Source of the DNA: a virus
Taxonomy: Duplodnaviria; Caudoviricetes
Strand: one strand, 5' to 3'
IMG/VR virus record: IMGVR_UViG_3300021087_001082
Location: 1-64,000 of that record
Length of the DNA: 64,000 nucleotides
Below the pieces are notes generated by a model that saw only the letters and a list, made by a program, of their open reading frames with translations, ran no database searches and was not told the origin of the DNA. A program made the translations under genes and the position numbers. Below, in pieces: positions 17,441 through 26,704 of the stretch. Positions within the stretch are counted from its first letter, which is position 1; every line of letters starts with the position of its first letter.

Positions 17441-17914
17441 ATGTTATACGATATATCAAGAATTAAAGAAGAGGTATTTGACCTAGTAGATATAAACTTT
17501 ATGGGAATAGATTGGAATCAAATTTATCTTCAAGGAAAAGAAAAAGGTTGGGCTCAAGGTAAAAACCAAATGATGTGGCCGGAAATAGATCAAGAAGAAG
17601 AACAATGGGATGTGAATCTATTTGAATTTCCGTATATCAATTCAATTATGGATGAACATAATCTATGTCGAACCAGAATCATTAAATCAAAACCAAAGTC
17701 ATGTTTTCTATGGCACAAAGACCCACGAAAAAGGTTACATATTCCAGTAGTAACAAATGAACATTGTTTTTTATTGCTAGAAAAAGATGGTAGAATACAT
17801 CTACCGGCCACAGGAGAAGCATACGTTGTTGATACCACACAACACCATACACAAATAAATGCATCAAGGGAAGAAAGAATACACATAGTAGGATCATTGA
17901 AATGGAAAAATTAA
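17441..17914 (+). CDS. 2OG-Fe(II) oxygenase, aspartyl/asparaginyl beta-hydroxylase-like
   Basis: WHKDPRKRLHIPVVTN...HTQINAS..ERIHIV; paralog of 5988-6659. Confidence 0.82.
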   Translation: MLYDISRIKEEVFDLVDINFMGIDWNQIYLQGKEKGWAQGKNQMMWPEIDQEEEQWDVNLFEFPYINSIMDEHNLCRTRIIKSKPKSCFLWHKDPRKRLHIPVVTNEHCFLLLEKDGRIHLPATGEAYVVDTTQHHTQINASREERIHIVGSLKWKN

Positions 17915-18001
17915 AAAGAGTTAAAACAAAAAAAGATCCCGATAACTATTCAGTTACCGAAAAACATATGTCCGTATTAGAAAAAGGACAAATTACTGAT
18001 C

Positions 18002-18265
18002 TTGAAGAAAGATCTAAATACTAATATGAACAAAGAAGCGTTTTTATCTATTGTAGACGACAAATTATGTGTGGATACAACTGTTTTTGAATTACATGAA
18101 TTAAGAGAATGTAAAGAGTATCTACAAAAAAATAATTATAAATCATCCCAATTCTTTTCCAAAGATAAAAGTGATGTAGATAAACTACATTCTATTATAG
18201 AAAAGATGGGGAAATTATCACCAGAATGTGCTGGGAAAGATATTGATAGTTTTTATTTAAACTAA
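18002..18265 (+). CDS. hypothetical protein
   Basis: 87 aa ORF; start uncertain. Confidence 0.45.
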   Translation: MKKDLNTNMNKEAFLSIVDDKLCVDTTVFELHELRECKEYLQKNNYKSSQFFSKDKSDVDKLHSIIEKMGKLSPECAGKDIDSFYLN

Positions 18266-18276
18266 TAGAGGAGAAT

Positions 18277-19488
18277 ATGTACACACAAGATGATGTTGAT
18301 CGATTAAGTGGCTCGGTCCATATTGAATACACACTTGCAAAGCTAGGAGCAGCAAAATTACGTAAAAAATTAACGAATCAAAAATACGTTAGTGCACTTG
18401 GGGCATTAACAGGCAACCAAGCAATGCAACAAGCAAAGGCTGGGTTAGATTCAGTTTACCTTTCGGGGTGGCAAGTAGCAGGCGATGCTAATGATAGTTT
18501 AGAGATGTATCCTGATCAATCTCTTTATGCAGTTAGCAGTGTACCCACAGTAGTTAAAAGAATTAATAATACATTTATTAGAGCAGATCAAATTCAATGG
18601 ATGGAGGGAAGAGGTGACCCAGGTTTTAATCATATTGATTATTTTTTGCCAATTATTGCTGATGCTGAGTCCGGTTTTGGCGGTGTTCTTAATACACATG
18701 AACTAGTGAAAGATTTAATCGAAGCAGGAGCAGCAGGTATTCATTTAGAAGATCAATTATCGTCTGCAAAGAAATGTGGACATATGGGAGGGAAGGTTTT
18801 AGTTCCAACTCAAGAGATGGTATCTAAATTAAAGGCTTCTCGATTAGCAGCAGACATAATGGGTGTTGATACAATTATTATTGCCCGTACTGATTCATTA
18901 GCCGGAGCATTATTAGTTACTGATGCTGACGCACATGATAATAGATTCATAACAGGTGATCGTACTGATGAAGGTTTCTTTAGAGTGGAAGCAGGAATGG
19001 ATCAAGCAGTTGCAAGGGGTATTTCATATGCTCCCTATTGTGATTTAATTTGGATGGAAACTGGTAATCCCGACATTGGTGAAATAACAGAATTTACAAA
19101 AGAAGTTCGTAAAGAGTTTCCTAATAAACAGTTTGCATATAACTGTTCACCATCTTTTAATTGGAAGAAGAAGTTATCTGATAGTGAAATAAGTTCCTTT
19201 AAAGATGAGCTCGGCGAGCTAGGTGTTACATATCAATTTATAACACTAGCAGGATTTCACTCATTGAATTATAGCATGTTTGAATTATCTGAGAACTATA
19301 GAGACAACGGAATGTCTGGTTATGTTGAATTACAAGAAAAAGAATTCGCAGCTCAGAAGAGAGGTTTTACAGCAGTGAAACATCAACGTGAAGTTGGCGC
19401 TAGTTATTTTGATGAAATTAATCAAATGTGTACTAATAGTACAGAACTTAGTTCATTAGAAGGATCAACAGAAAAAGAACAGTTCTAA
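18277..19488 (+). CDS. aceA: isocitrate lyase
   Basis: YLSGWQVA, YPDQSLY, PIIADAESGFGG, catalytic KKCGHMGGKVL, AYNCSPSFNW, QFITLAGFH, HQREVG, STEKEQF C-terminus. Confidence 0.97.
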   Translation: MYTQDDVDRLSGSVHIEYTLAKLGAAKLRKKLTNQKYVSALGALTGNQAMQQAKAGLDSVYLSGWQVAGDANDSLEMYPDQSLYAVSSVPTVVKRINNTFIRADQIQWMEGRGDPGFNHIDYFLPIIADAESGFGGVLNTHELVKDLIEAGAAGIHLEDQLSSAKKCGHMGGKVLVPTQEMVSKLKASRLAADIMGVDTIIIARTDSLAGALLVTDADAHDNRFITGDRTDEGFFRVEAGMDQAVARGISYAPYCDLIWMETGNPDIGEITEFTKEVRKEFPNKQFAYNCSPSFNWKKKLSDSEISSFKDELGELGVTYQFITLAGFHSLNYSMFELSENYRDNGMSGYVELQEKEFAAQKRGFTAVKHQREVGASYFDEINQMCTNSTELSSLEGSTEKEQF

Positions 19489-20207
19489 TGGAAATTATAT
19501 TAAATGGTCCAGGCGGTACAGTATCAACTTGGAAATTGACCGAAGCGGCTTATGATTATTGGAAAGATAAGCCGAGAAAAATGCTATTTGATTTTTCTTG
19601 GAATCTACCTGATCTTAGAAGTGATAATATTTTTGATGAAGAACATCCTCCTAGAGATAAGCTTGGTGTGCCCGATGAAGCATGGTTTTTTAAACCGTTA
19701 GATGGAATATGGCGAAATGGAGACTGGTCACAACCGGCTACGCCAACTGGCTGGTGCATAGATATTTGTGAATATGATAAAGCAACAATTTGGATAGAAG
19801 ATAATAACGAAATAACACAATATCATCCAGATGAAATACCATCTATAAGATTTGATAAAACATATGCGCCCCCATCTGAATTATTCTATTCAGCAGTTTC
19901 TACAGAAATAGGCAATTGGCAACATAAGTGGTATTCAAGATCTATCCCTTTACATAAATTTAGATTACATACAATGCGTATTAATGATAAGAAATGGATC
20001 TTTAATCTCGATACAGCTCAAAGAGAAAATTGGAATATGTATAGAATGGTTAGAACTGATTGGGCTTATAGACTCCATGTTAGAAATAAACCATTTGTTG
20101 ATAGTATGAGTTCATTTACAGGTATTGATTTATCATATGATATGAATACTGGAAACCACGAACAAGATTGTTCTCACTTTAAAGTTCATGATCAATGGGG
20201 CCACTGA
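19488..20207 (+). CDS. hypothetical protein
   Basis: 239 aa ORF coupled to aceA. Confidence 0.65.
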   Translation: MEIILNGPGGTVSTWKLTEAAYDYWKDKPRKMLFDFSWNLPDLRSDNIFDEEHPPRDKLGVPDEAWFFKPLDGIWRNGDWSQPATPTGWCIDICEYDKATIWIEDNNEITQYHPDEIPSIRFDKTYAPPSELFYSAVSTEIGNWQHKWYSRSIPLHKFRLHTMRINDKKWIFNLDTAQRENWNMYRMVRTDWAYRLHVRNKPFVDSMSSFTGIDLSYDMNTGNHEQDCSHFKVHDQWGH

Positions 20208-20210
20208 TCT

Positions 20211-20903
20211 GTGATACATGTATTCGGTGATTCATATTGTGATCCTCTCAATGGAAAGGGTGGAGGAATATCATCAGAAAAAAGGTGGTTCAATCTTTTA
20301 GACGAGCCTTCATTTGTTTTTGGTTTAGCGGGTTCTAGTATTGATTGGTCTTTGAATGTTTTTCTTGAAGGGCATAGGCATAGAGAAGGCAAAGTAATTT
20401 TTATTGAATCTATTCCAAGAAGATTTCATTTTGAGTTCTTACAATATCCCGGCCATGCAGGTGCGGTTCTATTTGATGATATGAAAGAGTGGGAAAATGA
20501 TAAATGGCTTTCATCACCACAAATGATATACCTTAATCAACATAAAAAGTTTATAGAATATTTTCATATAAATTATAAGGACTATCATAAAGCAACAAAA
20601 ACAAGATGTACGTTAAAAGCTTTATCCGATCAATATGAGAAGGTCATTTACTTTGCCACATCACATAATAGAAATTTATATGCCCCTGCGGAAATAGAAA
20701 ATACAGAAAAATTTATTATACCTGACATAACATTAATGGATATATCTCGAGCAGAGATAAAGAACGATTATGATCCTTCATTTAAAGATTGGAGATCAAA
20801 TCATTTTACAGAAGAGAATCATATAAATTTATCATCTTATATAAAGAGATTGTTTAATAATGAACCTGTGAATGATATAATATTTAATAAGAATGTGATA
20901 TGA
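20211..20903 (+). CDS. SGNH/GDSL-like hydrolase
   Basis: VFGDSY, GLAGSS, C-terminal NHFTEENH. Confidence 0.65.
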   Translation: MIHVFGDSYCDPLNGKGGGISSEKRWFNLLDEPSFVFGLAGSSIDWSLNVFLEGHRHREGKVIFIESIPRRFHFEFLQYPGHAGAVLFDDMKEWENDKWLSSPQMIYLNQHKKFIEYFHINYKDYHKATKTRCTLKALSDQYEKVIYFATSHNRNLYAPAEIENTEKFIIPDITLMDISRAEIKNDYDPSFKDWRSNHFTEENHINLSSYIKRLFNNEPVNDIIFNKNVI

Positions 20904-22348
20904 TATATTGGGGTATTACTTGTGGATCACATGACGGTGCTTTAGCTGTTTATGATAGTGCGAAACAAGAGGTTCTATTTGCAACCGACGCTGAAAGATT
21001 CTCTAGAAAAAAGAACGATCCTCAAATACCTTTAAGCTTGTTAGATTATGTGAGAGAAGAATATGATGTCCCGGATAAAATTTATTTTTATGAGGATCCT
21101 CGTATAAAGATTTCTCGAAGATGGTATGCTGGACAGAAGCCAGCTTGGAAACCACCTGTGTTACCACATCCTTATAATACTAAACATTATAAGATGAAGT
21201 ATACCTCGCATCATAGGTCACATGCGACATATGGTTATTATACATCTCCTTTTACTGAATGTATGATATTATGTATTGATGCTATAGGAGAATGGGAAAC
21301 ATTAACTACTTGGTACGTTAAAGATCATAAATTTAAAAAATTATGGAACTGGAAATATCCTAAGTCTTTAGGATTAATGTATTCAGCATTGACACAGTAC
21401 TCAGGTTGGAAACCCAATGAAGAAGAATATATTATGATGGGGGCTGCTGCTAGACAATCATATCCATATGATGTAGTAGTAAATAGAATTAGAGATTGTT
21501 GGGAAACAAAAAATATAACCTGGCATAAAGGATGTAATAATATTCCAGAGTGGAATGTGAAACCAGAAATACATCCTCAGGATGTACCTACTGCTGCACA
21601 ACATGTTTATGAAGAAGAGTTTCGTAAAGTATTAGGCCTATTAAGTCAACATAAGTTAAATAATGGAAATATAGTATTCGTGGGAGGATGTGCTTTAAAT
21701 GTTAGTGCCAATAGATTTTTATCTGATTATTTTTCTAATATCTATATACCAGCTAATCCAGGTGACTCTGGATCTGCTATTGGATGTATTCTTGCAAGAA
21801 CAAGAAACCATATTAGTCCTACTCCTTATCTTGGTTATGATATACAAGGACCGTATCCGTCCAAAGAAATAATTGAACACTTGATGATCGATCGAGTGGT
21901 TGGAGTAGCAAACGGAAAATGCGAATTCGGACCACGTGCTTTAGGTAATAGAACACTCTTCGGAGATCCTACTGATAAAAAAATAAAACAAAAAATAAAT
22001 GAAACAAAGGGTAGAGAACAGTTCAGACCTTTTGCTCCGATGATATTACCTGAAGACGTGGCACAGTATTTTAATGGTGGATTTCATTCACCTTATATGA
22101 GTTGCGCATTATCAGCAACAGAAGAATTTAAACAGAAATATCCTGGTGTTGTTCATTTAGATGGAACATCAAGATTACAAGTTGTTGATTCAGAACCTCA
22201 TATAACATTATTAAAAATTTGGAAGGAGATAACAGGATGTCCTGTATTATTAAACACTTCCTTAAATGTAAAGGGACAACCAATTGTCAACACAAGAGAA
22301 GAAGCCGAAGCTTTCACTAAGAGAACAGGTGTTACTGTTCTTTCTTAA
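20900..22348 (+). CDS. carbamoyltransferase (NodU/CmcH family)
   Basis: HDGA, ERFSRKKND, HHRSHA, DAIGE, GGCALN, EFGPRALGNR, FRPFAP, LLNTSLN. Confidence 0.95.
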   Translation: MIYWGITCGSHDGALAVYDSAKQEVLFATDAERFSRKKNDPQIPLSLLDYVREEYDVPDKIYFYEDPRIKISRRWYAGQKPAWKPPVLPHPYNTKHYKMKYTSHHRSHATYGYYTSPFTECMILCIDAIGEWETLTTWYVKDHKFKKLWNWKYPKSLGLMYSALTQYSGWKPNEEEYIMMGAAARQSYPYDVVVNRIRDCWETKNITWHKGCNNIPEWNVKPEIHPQDVPTAAQHVYEEEFRKVLGLLSQHKLNNGNIVFVGGCALNVSANRFLSDYFSNIYIPANPGDSGSAIGCILARTRNHISPTPYLGYDIQGPYPSKEIIEHLMIDRVVGVANGKCEFGPRALGNRTLFGDPTDKKIKQKINETKGREQFRPFAPMILPEDVAQYFNGGFHSPYMSCALSATEEFKQKYPGVVHLDGTSRLQVVDSEPHITLLKIWKEITGCPVLLNTSLNVKGQPIVNTREEAEAFTKRTGVTVLS

Positions 22349-22401
22349 AATTAAAGAAAAGATTTTTGGTAAAAAGAAACAAGATTTAGATCCATTTATA
22401 T

Positions 22402-22890
22402 ATGATTGAAAAAGTATTAATCGGACCTGCAGAACGATTAAGTTTTATGTTAAGACAGCATCATCTTGATGGTATGTATGATGATAAAGAGTTGGGGTTT
22501 GATTATCAAGAACATTTGATTCGCAAATGTTTCGAAGAGAAGGGTTCTGATATTTCTGTATATTTGATATATCAGAATTTTCATAAGAGCATAGGGTTTG
22601 ATGAAGATAAAATATATCCTAGAGATAGAGAACATGCTGAAGGTAAGAAGACATTATCTGAAGTAGAAGGATCTCAAGGTAGTAAAATATTAATGAGAAA
22701 TAAAAACGTAAAAATTAAAAAGAGTCTTCATTGGAAACCTTTTTTGGAATATTATTGTAATCATGAATTTTGGGAAATTGAATATAATAAATTTTTAAAA
22801 ACTTTACCTTACTATAAAAAAGTTTTTACTAATTTTAACTATGGACATATAAAGGATTATGAAAGTTGGAATAATTGGATGCTCTCATAG
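22402..22890 (+). CDS. hypothetical protein
   Basis: 162 aa ORF. Confidence 0.55.
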   Translation: MIEKVLIGPAERLSFMLRQHHLDGMYDDKELGFDYQEHLIRKCFEEKGSDISVYLIYQNFHKSIGFDEDKIYPRDREHAEGKKTLSEVEGSQGSKILMRNKNVKIKKSLHWKPFLEYYCNHEFWEIEYNKFLKTLPYYKKVFTNFNYGHIKDYESWNNWMLS

Positions 22891-23764
22891 TGCTGGTGTA
22901 AGCCAAGCAGGTCTCCTTAATAAAGCAGGTGGATTTAATGCCTGGAAAGGTTGGCCTCGTCAATTAGCAAAGAAATTTCCTCAACATGAGATTCATCTAT
23001 TTGCATCGCCAGGAGGTGGACAGAATAATATGGAAGCTGCTTTGAGGACTTGCCTTGTTGAAGATTATGAAATGGTGATCCTTCAATTTACAACACAACG
23101 TCAAATGTATCCTTTGACAATAGAAAGAAAATCAAAGAAGTATGATGGGTCATTAGATTCATGGTTCTATGCAGGTAATAGAGAAAACTTCTTTCTACAT
23201 CAACAAAGGATGAAATGTCTTTCTATAAAGAATTATGTATTAGAACGAAAATGTGTTAAGGTCGGCCCCCATTGGGATAACCGTATGGGATTAGATCTTG
23301 ATGGTACAAAAGTAAATACAAATGAATTACCCCAAGTTATATTAGATGCTCTTATAGATAATGAATACTTTAATGAGATGGCAGAGACATTTTATAATTG
23401 TCGAAATATGTATAAGAAATTATTTAAATATTTTTTCTCTATGTTATGGGTGCCTACTTATAAGCACGGTCCAACTAATAGCGATCAAGCTTTAATCGAG
23501 GTAGAAGGAAAGGTCCCGGTTTTTGTGGAAGAGTTTTTAACTGGTAAAGAATTAACAGACCAGGTGGATTGGAAAATAACTATATATGATTGGTTAGTTA
23601 AACATTATTCAAAAACAAAAAATATATCTCATCAAGATGCTAATAGAATTATATTTCATGAGTATAGAAAACACAAAGGACATTTAGGGGAAAAGCAACA
23701 ACATGAAGTTTTAAATCAATATTTACTTGCTAATGGAGAATTTTACGGAGCTTTAGATGGATAA
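22859..23764 (+). CDS. SGNH-like hypothetical protein
   Basis: IIGCSHSAG, WPRQLA, PGGG, C-terminal HLGEKQQ. Confidence 0.55.
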   Translation: MKVGIIGCSHSAGVSQAGLLNKAGGFNAWKGWPRQLAKKFPQHEIHLFASPGGGQNNMEAALRTCLVEDYEMVILQFTTQRQMYPLTIERKSKKYDGSLDSWFYAGNRENFFLHQQRMKCLSIKNYVLERKCVKVGPHWDNRMGLDLDGTKVNTNELPQVILDALIDNEYFNEMAETFYNCRNMYKKLFKYFFSMLWVPTYKHGPTNSDQALIEVEGKVPVFVEEFLTGKELTDQVDWKITIYDWLVKHYSKTKNISHQDANRIIFHEYRKHKGHLGEKQQHEVLNQYLLANGEFYGALDG

Positions 23765-25007
23765 ACATCTACAGTTCTTAAATCATAGTTCATTATTATT
23801 AACTACATCTAAAACTAAAATCCTATGTGATCCTTGGTTTAAAGGGACAGCTTTTAGTGATGGGTGGTCATTATTATACGATGAGTCTCATAACATCAAT
23901 GAGTTAGACTTTGACTATATTTGGATGTCACATGAACACCCTGATCACTTTTCAATACCCACATTACGAGAACTGAACAAAAGTTGTACTTTTCTTTTTC
24001 AAGAAACAAAAGATAAGAAAGTAAAAAAGTATCTTGAAGAAAAAGGTCATTTAGTAATAGAGCTTAAGAATAAAGAAGAAACAAAAATTGGTGACTTAAA
24101 GATTACATCTATTGTATGTGATGGCTTTGATTCAAGCCTGTTAGTAAAATATCCTGATGATAAGGTTTTACTAAACATTAATGATGCAATGGTATTAGAT
24201 GATATAGAAGTTGATAAAGTTGATTTACTTACATTTCAGTATAGCTATGCAAATTGGGCTGGTAATAAAGGTGATAAAAAAATACCTAAGTATCTTCAGA
24301 GTATAATAGATAGTAAGAATGATAAGGCAATAGCAAAGTTTAAACCAACTGCTATTATGCCATTTGCGAGTTTTGTATATTTTTCTCATGAAGAAAATTT
24401 TTACTGGAATGACAATAATTGGATAGATCATGTGTTTAACAAATATTTATTTAATGAATCTTTTCTAATATTCCCTAAACCAGATCAATCAATATCATTA
24501 AACAATCTTGAGAAAACACATTATGATCTGTCTGCTTGTGCATTTTGGAAAGACAAATATAAGAATCTAATTATAAAAGATAAAGTTAAGCCACTATCTT
24601 TAGATCAAATTGAAGATTGTTATTTGAAGTTCAATAAAAAACTAAATCAAGAAAATACTATTGATAGTGATCTCTCATTAAATATAAAAATTAATGACCT
24701 AGATAAGATTATTAAGGTTGGATTAGTAGAGACCTCATTTGAAGTAGTTGATGAAGAAGAGACGATTAGTGTCTCATCTGAAACCGCAGGCTTCTTATTT
24801 TCTCAATTATTTGCAAGAGGTACAGTATGTGTTAATTCAAGAGTGTCTTTTAATTATAAAACAGCACACAAATTCTTTTTGTTCTTTTTTATACCTTATG
24901 CAAACAATATTGGAAAATATTTTAAACAGTTTCCAAAAGATGCATATACATCAATAATGAAAACATCAGTAATGAGTGCAATTAATGGAAGTGATAACCT
25001 CGTATGA
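23757..25007 (+). CDS. metallo-beta-lactamase-fold protein (UlaG/CMP-Neu5Ac hydroxylase-like)
   Basis: NHSS, CDPWF, SHEHPDH, NINDA, PFAS. Confidence 0.8.
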   Translation: MDKHLQFLNHSSLLLTTSKTKILCDPWFKGTAFSDGWSLLYDESHNINELDFDYIWMSHEHPDHFSIPTLRELNKSCTFLFQETKDKKVKKYLEEKGHLVIELKNKEETKIGDLKITSIVCDGFDSSLLVKYPDDKVLLNINDAMVLDDIEVDKVDLLTFQYSYANWAGNKGDKKIPKYLQSIIDSKNDKAIAKFKPTAIMPFASFVYFSHEENFYWNDNNWIDHVFNKYLFNESFLIFPKPDQSISLNNLEKTHYDLSACAFWKDKYKNLIIKDKVKPLSLDQIEDCYLKFNKKLNQENTIDSDLSLNIKINDLDKIIKVGLVETSFEVVDEEETISVSSETAGFLFSQLFARGTVCVNSRVSFNYKTAHKFFLFFFIPYANNIGKYFKQFPKDAYTSIMKTSVMSAINGSDNLV

Positions 25008-25060
25008 AAAAAAAACATAGACAACTTTATGATTCATGGAAATATAAAAAAGGAGGCTTA

Positions 25061-25498
25061 ATGGAATTTAATAATCCCATTTTTCAGACCCTATTAGGGT
25101 TAGTGATTTTTTACATTGGTTTAAAAATGTTTTCGGGTGGAATGAAAAGCATGGGTAAGTTAGAACACCTTGAAGTCTTTCTTGGAAATCCTTACTATAT
25201 GTTTATTGGTGGTATTGTGATGACTCTTTTGTGGCAATCTTCATCACTCTCTACTACTGCAATTATCGGATTGGTCGCGAGTGGCGCACTTCCTCTCCCC
25301 GCAGCAATCGGTGCAGTTCTTGGAGCTAACATCGGAACGACAGGTACTATATGGTTAGCAGGGATAATGGTTTCTGATGGAATGCCTCAAGGAATAACAA
25401 AACAGGTAGCCATGGTCCATACAGGAGTCAACCTGTTCATGGCAGTTCTCTTGTTACCATTTGCTCAACATATAGCTAGGTTTATATCAAGATTCTGA
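25061..25498 (+). CDS. Na+/phosphate cotransporter family membrane protein (single repeat)
   Basis: QSSSLST and LGANIGTT motifs; AGGAGG SD before ATG 25061 (ORF open from 25004). Confidence 0.85.
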   Translation: MEFNNPIFQTLLGLVIFYIGLKMFSGGMKSMGKLEHLEVFLGNPYYMFIGGIVMTLLWQSSSLSTTAIIGLVASGALPLPAAIGAVLGANIGTTGTIWLAGIMVSDGMPQGITKQVAMVHTGVNLFMAVLLLPFAQHIARFISRF

Positions 25499-25521
25499 TA
25501 AATAAATCTTTACATTGGAAT

Positions 25522-25614
25522 TGGCTCTGGGGGTTGGATTCGAACCAACACGCCCCTCTGCAAAAGGGACAATACGTAAACAACGCATCACGTCTACCGT
25601 TTCGTCACCCCAGA
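25522..25614 (-). tRNA. non-canonical type II tRNA, anticodon GTT, 93 nt
   Basis: TCTGGGG TG ACG AAACGGTAGA CGT G ATGCG TT GTT TA CGTAT [22-nt variable arm TGTCCCTTTTGCAGAGGGGCGT] GTTGG TTCGAAT CCAAC CCCCAGA G CCA. Confidence 0.88.
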
Positions 25615-25832
25615 GTCCGTTCTTTTATAAGATGTCCCATTTGATGCTCTGCAAGCGCATCAAGGTCTGTATATGTTTCGTCGCATTCGAAGCAACTAGC
25701 AAATCCATTTTTCTTATAAAAGTTTTCTTCATCTATCATTTCTCTTGCTTGCCTTTGTAGCTCATTTATCACGTCGTGTATTCCATGTCCACCTGGGTAG
25801 ATCGGAAATACTTTATTGCTACTTTTAGGCAT
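25605..25832 (-). CDS. small C2H2 zinc-finger protein
   Basis: CFEC-DET-Y-TDLDA-L-AE-H-QMG-H fits C-x2-C-x3-[FY]-x5-L-x2-H-x3-H exactly; TAATG coupling to the upstream gene. Confidence 0.75.
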   Translation of the reverse strand: MPKSSNKVFPIYPGGHGIHDVINELQRQAREMIDEENFYKKNGFASCFECDETYTDLDALAEHQMGHLIKERTLG

Positions 25833-26704
25833 TACATAAGTCCTGCTCTTTTCATTCCACTAATAAGTCTCGTCATTCCTATTCCACCTCCAAACCTAGG
25901 TCTGAAGTCATGCCCCAGAAATTCATCAAGTTCTGCTTCTACTCTTTCTTCACCGAATAGATCATACAATAAACTGGCATACCCACCATCTGATATTGTA
26001 TGGAATTGTTTCCTCATTTCATCAACATCGGTTGCACGTTCAGCACTACCGATTGTTTCCATGCCACCAATAATAACATCGCATTTATTAGCAAGGCTGG
26101 CAGTTTTTTTCACATCTTGTTGACCAAGTTTCATGTTCCAGAAAGGACTTGTTGATTCCGGAAAATGGGTTAAAAAGAATACATCTCCATATTCTTGATA
26201 CATTTCTTCTTCATGGCCAGCATCTAATTCTTCACCAGTATATTTTGCTAATACACTTTGATACATGCCACCCGGAAAATCTAAATCTTTATATGGAGCT
26301 CTTCCATGATCACAATGAAATCCTAAATGAATTAATAAATCATTTTCCAGTTTTAATAATTCTTCAAAGTCGCCAGGAGCTTCAAATTCAAACATTGGGA
26401 AGATTAGTTCATGTCTTCCTTCTATTGAATTTTGTTCTTGCCTGTAACTTGTGCTAACACAATAACAACCTGGCAGATCAGGTTTAGTTAACAATTCATA
26501 TTCTAACCACATTTGCCCTGTTTGTGGTAATGGCCATATTTGACCATTATAATTATAGGTAGCAACTGTAGTGGGATCTTCGCATGCGGCGAGGATTGAT
26601 AATCTGCTTTGGGTATGTACTTCTTGAAAATTACGTGAGGAAAAAAAGGAACGGAGTTGTGAGACTACATTAGTGAAATCGGTTGGATCGATTAAACTAG
26701 TTAT
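25832..26704 (-). CDS. class IIb aaRS-like (AsnRS/AspRS) catalytic domain lacking the anticodon-binding domain, 290 aa; probable ATA start
   Basis: motif 1 LRSFFSSRNFQEVHT, motif 2 SYRQE...RHELIFPMFEFE, ETIGSAER, motif 3 FGGGIGMTRL; frame is open 64 codons upstream of ATG 26512 back to AAGGAGG-GTATT-ATA. Confidence 0.88.
   Translation of the reverse strand: MTSLIDPTDFTNVVSQLRSFFSSRNFQEVHTQSRLSILAACEDPTTVATYNYNGQIWPLPQTGQMWLEYELLTKPDLPGCYCVSTSYRQEQNSIEGRHELIFPMFEFEAPGDFEELLKLENDLLIHLGFHCDHGRAPYKDLDFPGGMYQSVLAKYTGEELDAGHEEEMYQEYGDVFFLTHFPESTSPFWNMKLGQQDVKKTASLANKCDVIIGGMETIGSAERATDVDEMRKQFHTISDGGYASLLYDLFGEERVEAELDEFLGHDFRPRFGGGIGMTRLISGMKRAGLM

Noticed and set aside
25515-26457. Plus-strand ORFs 25515-25760, 25776-26123 and 26149-26457
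   Set aside because: Antisense shadows of the tRNA, zinc-finger and aaRS-like genes.
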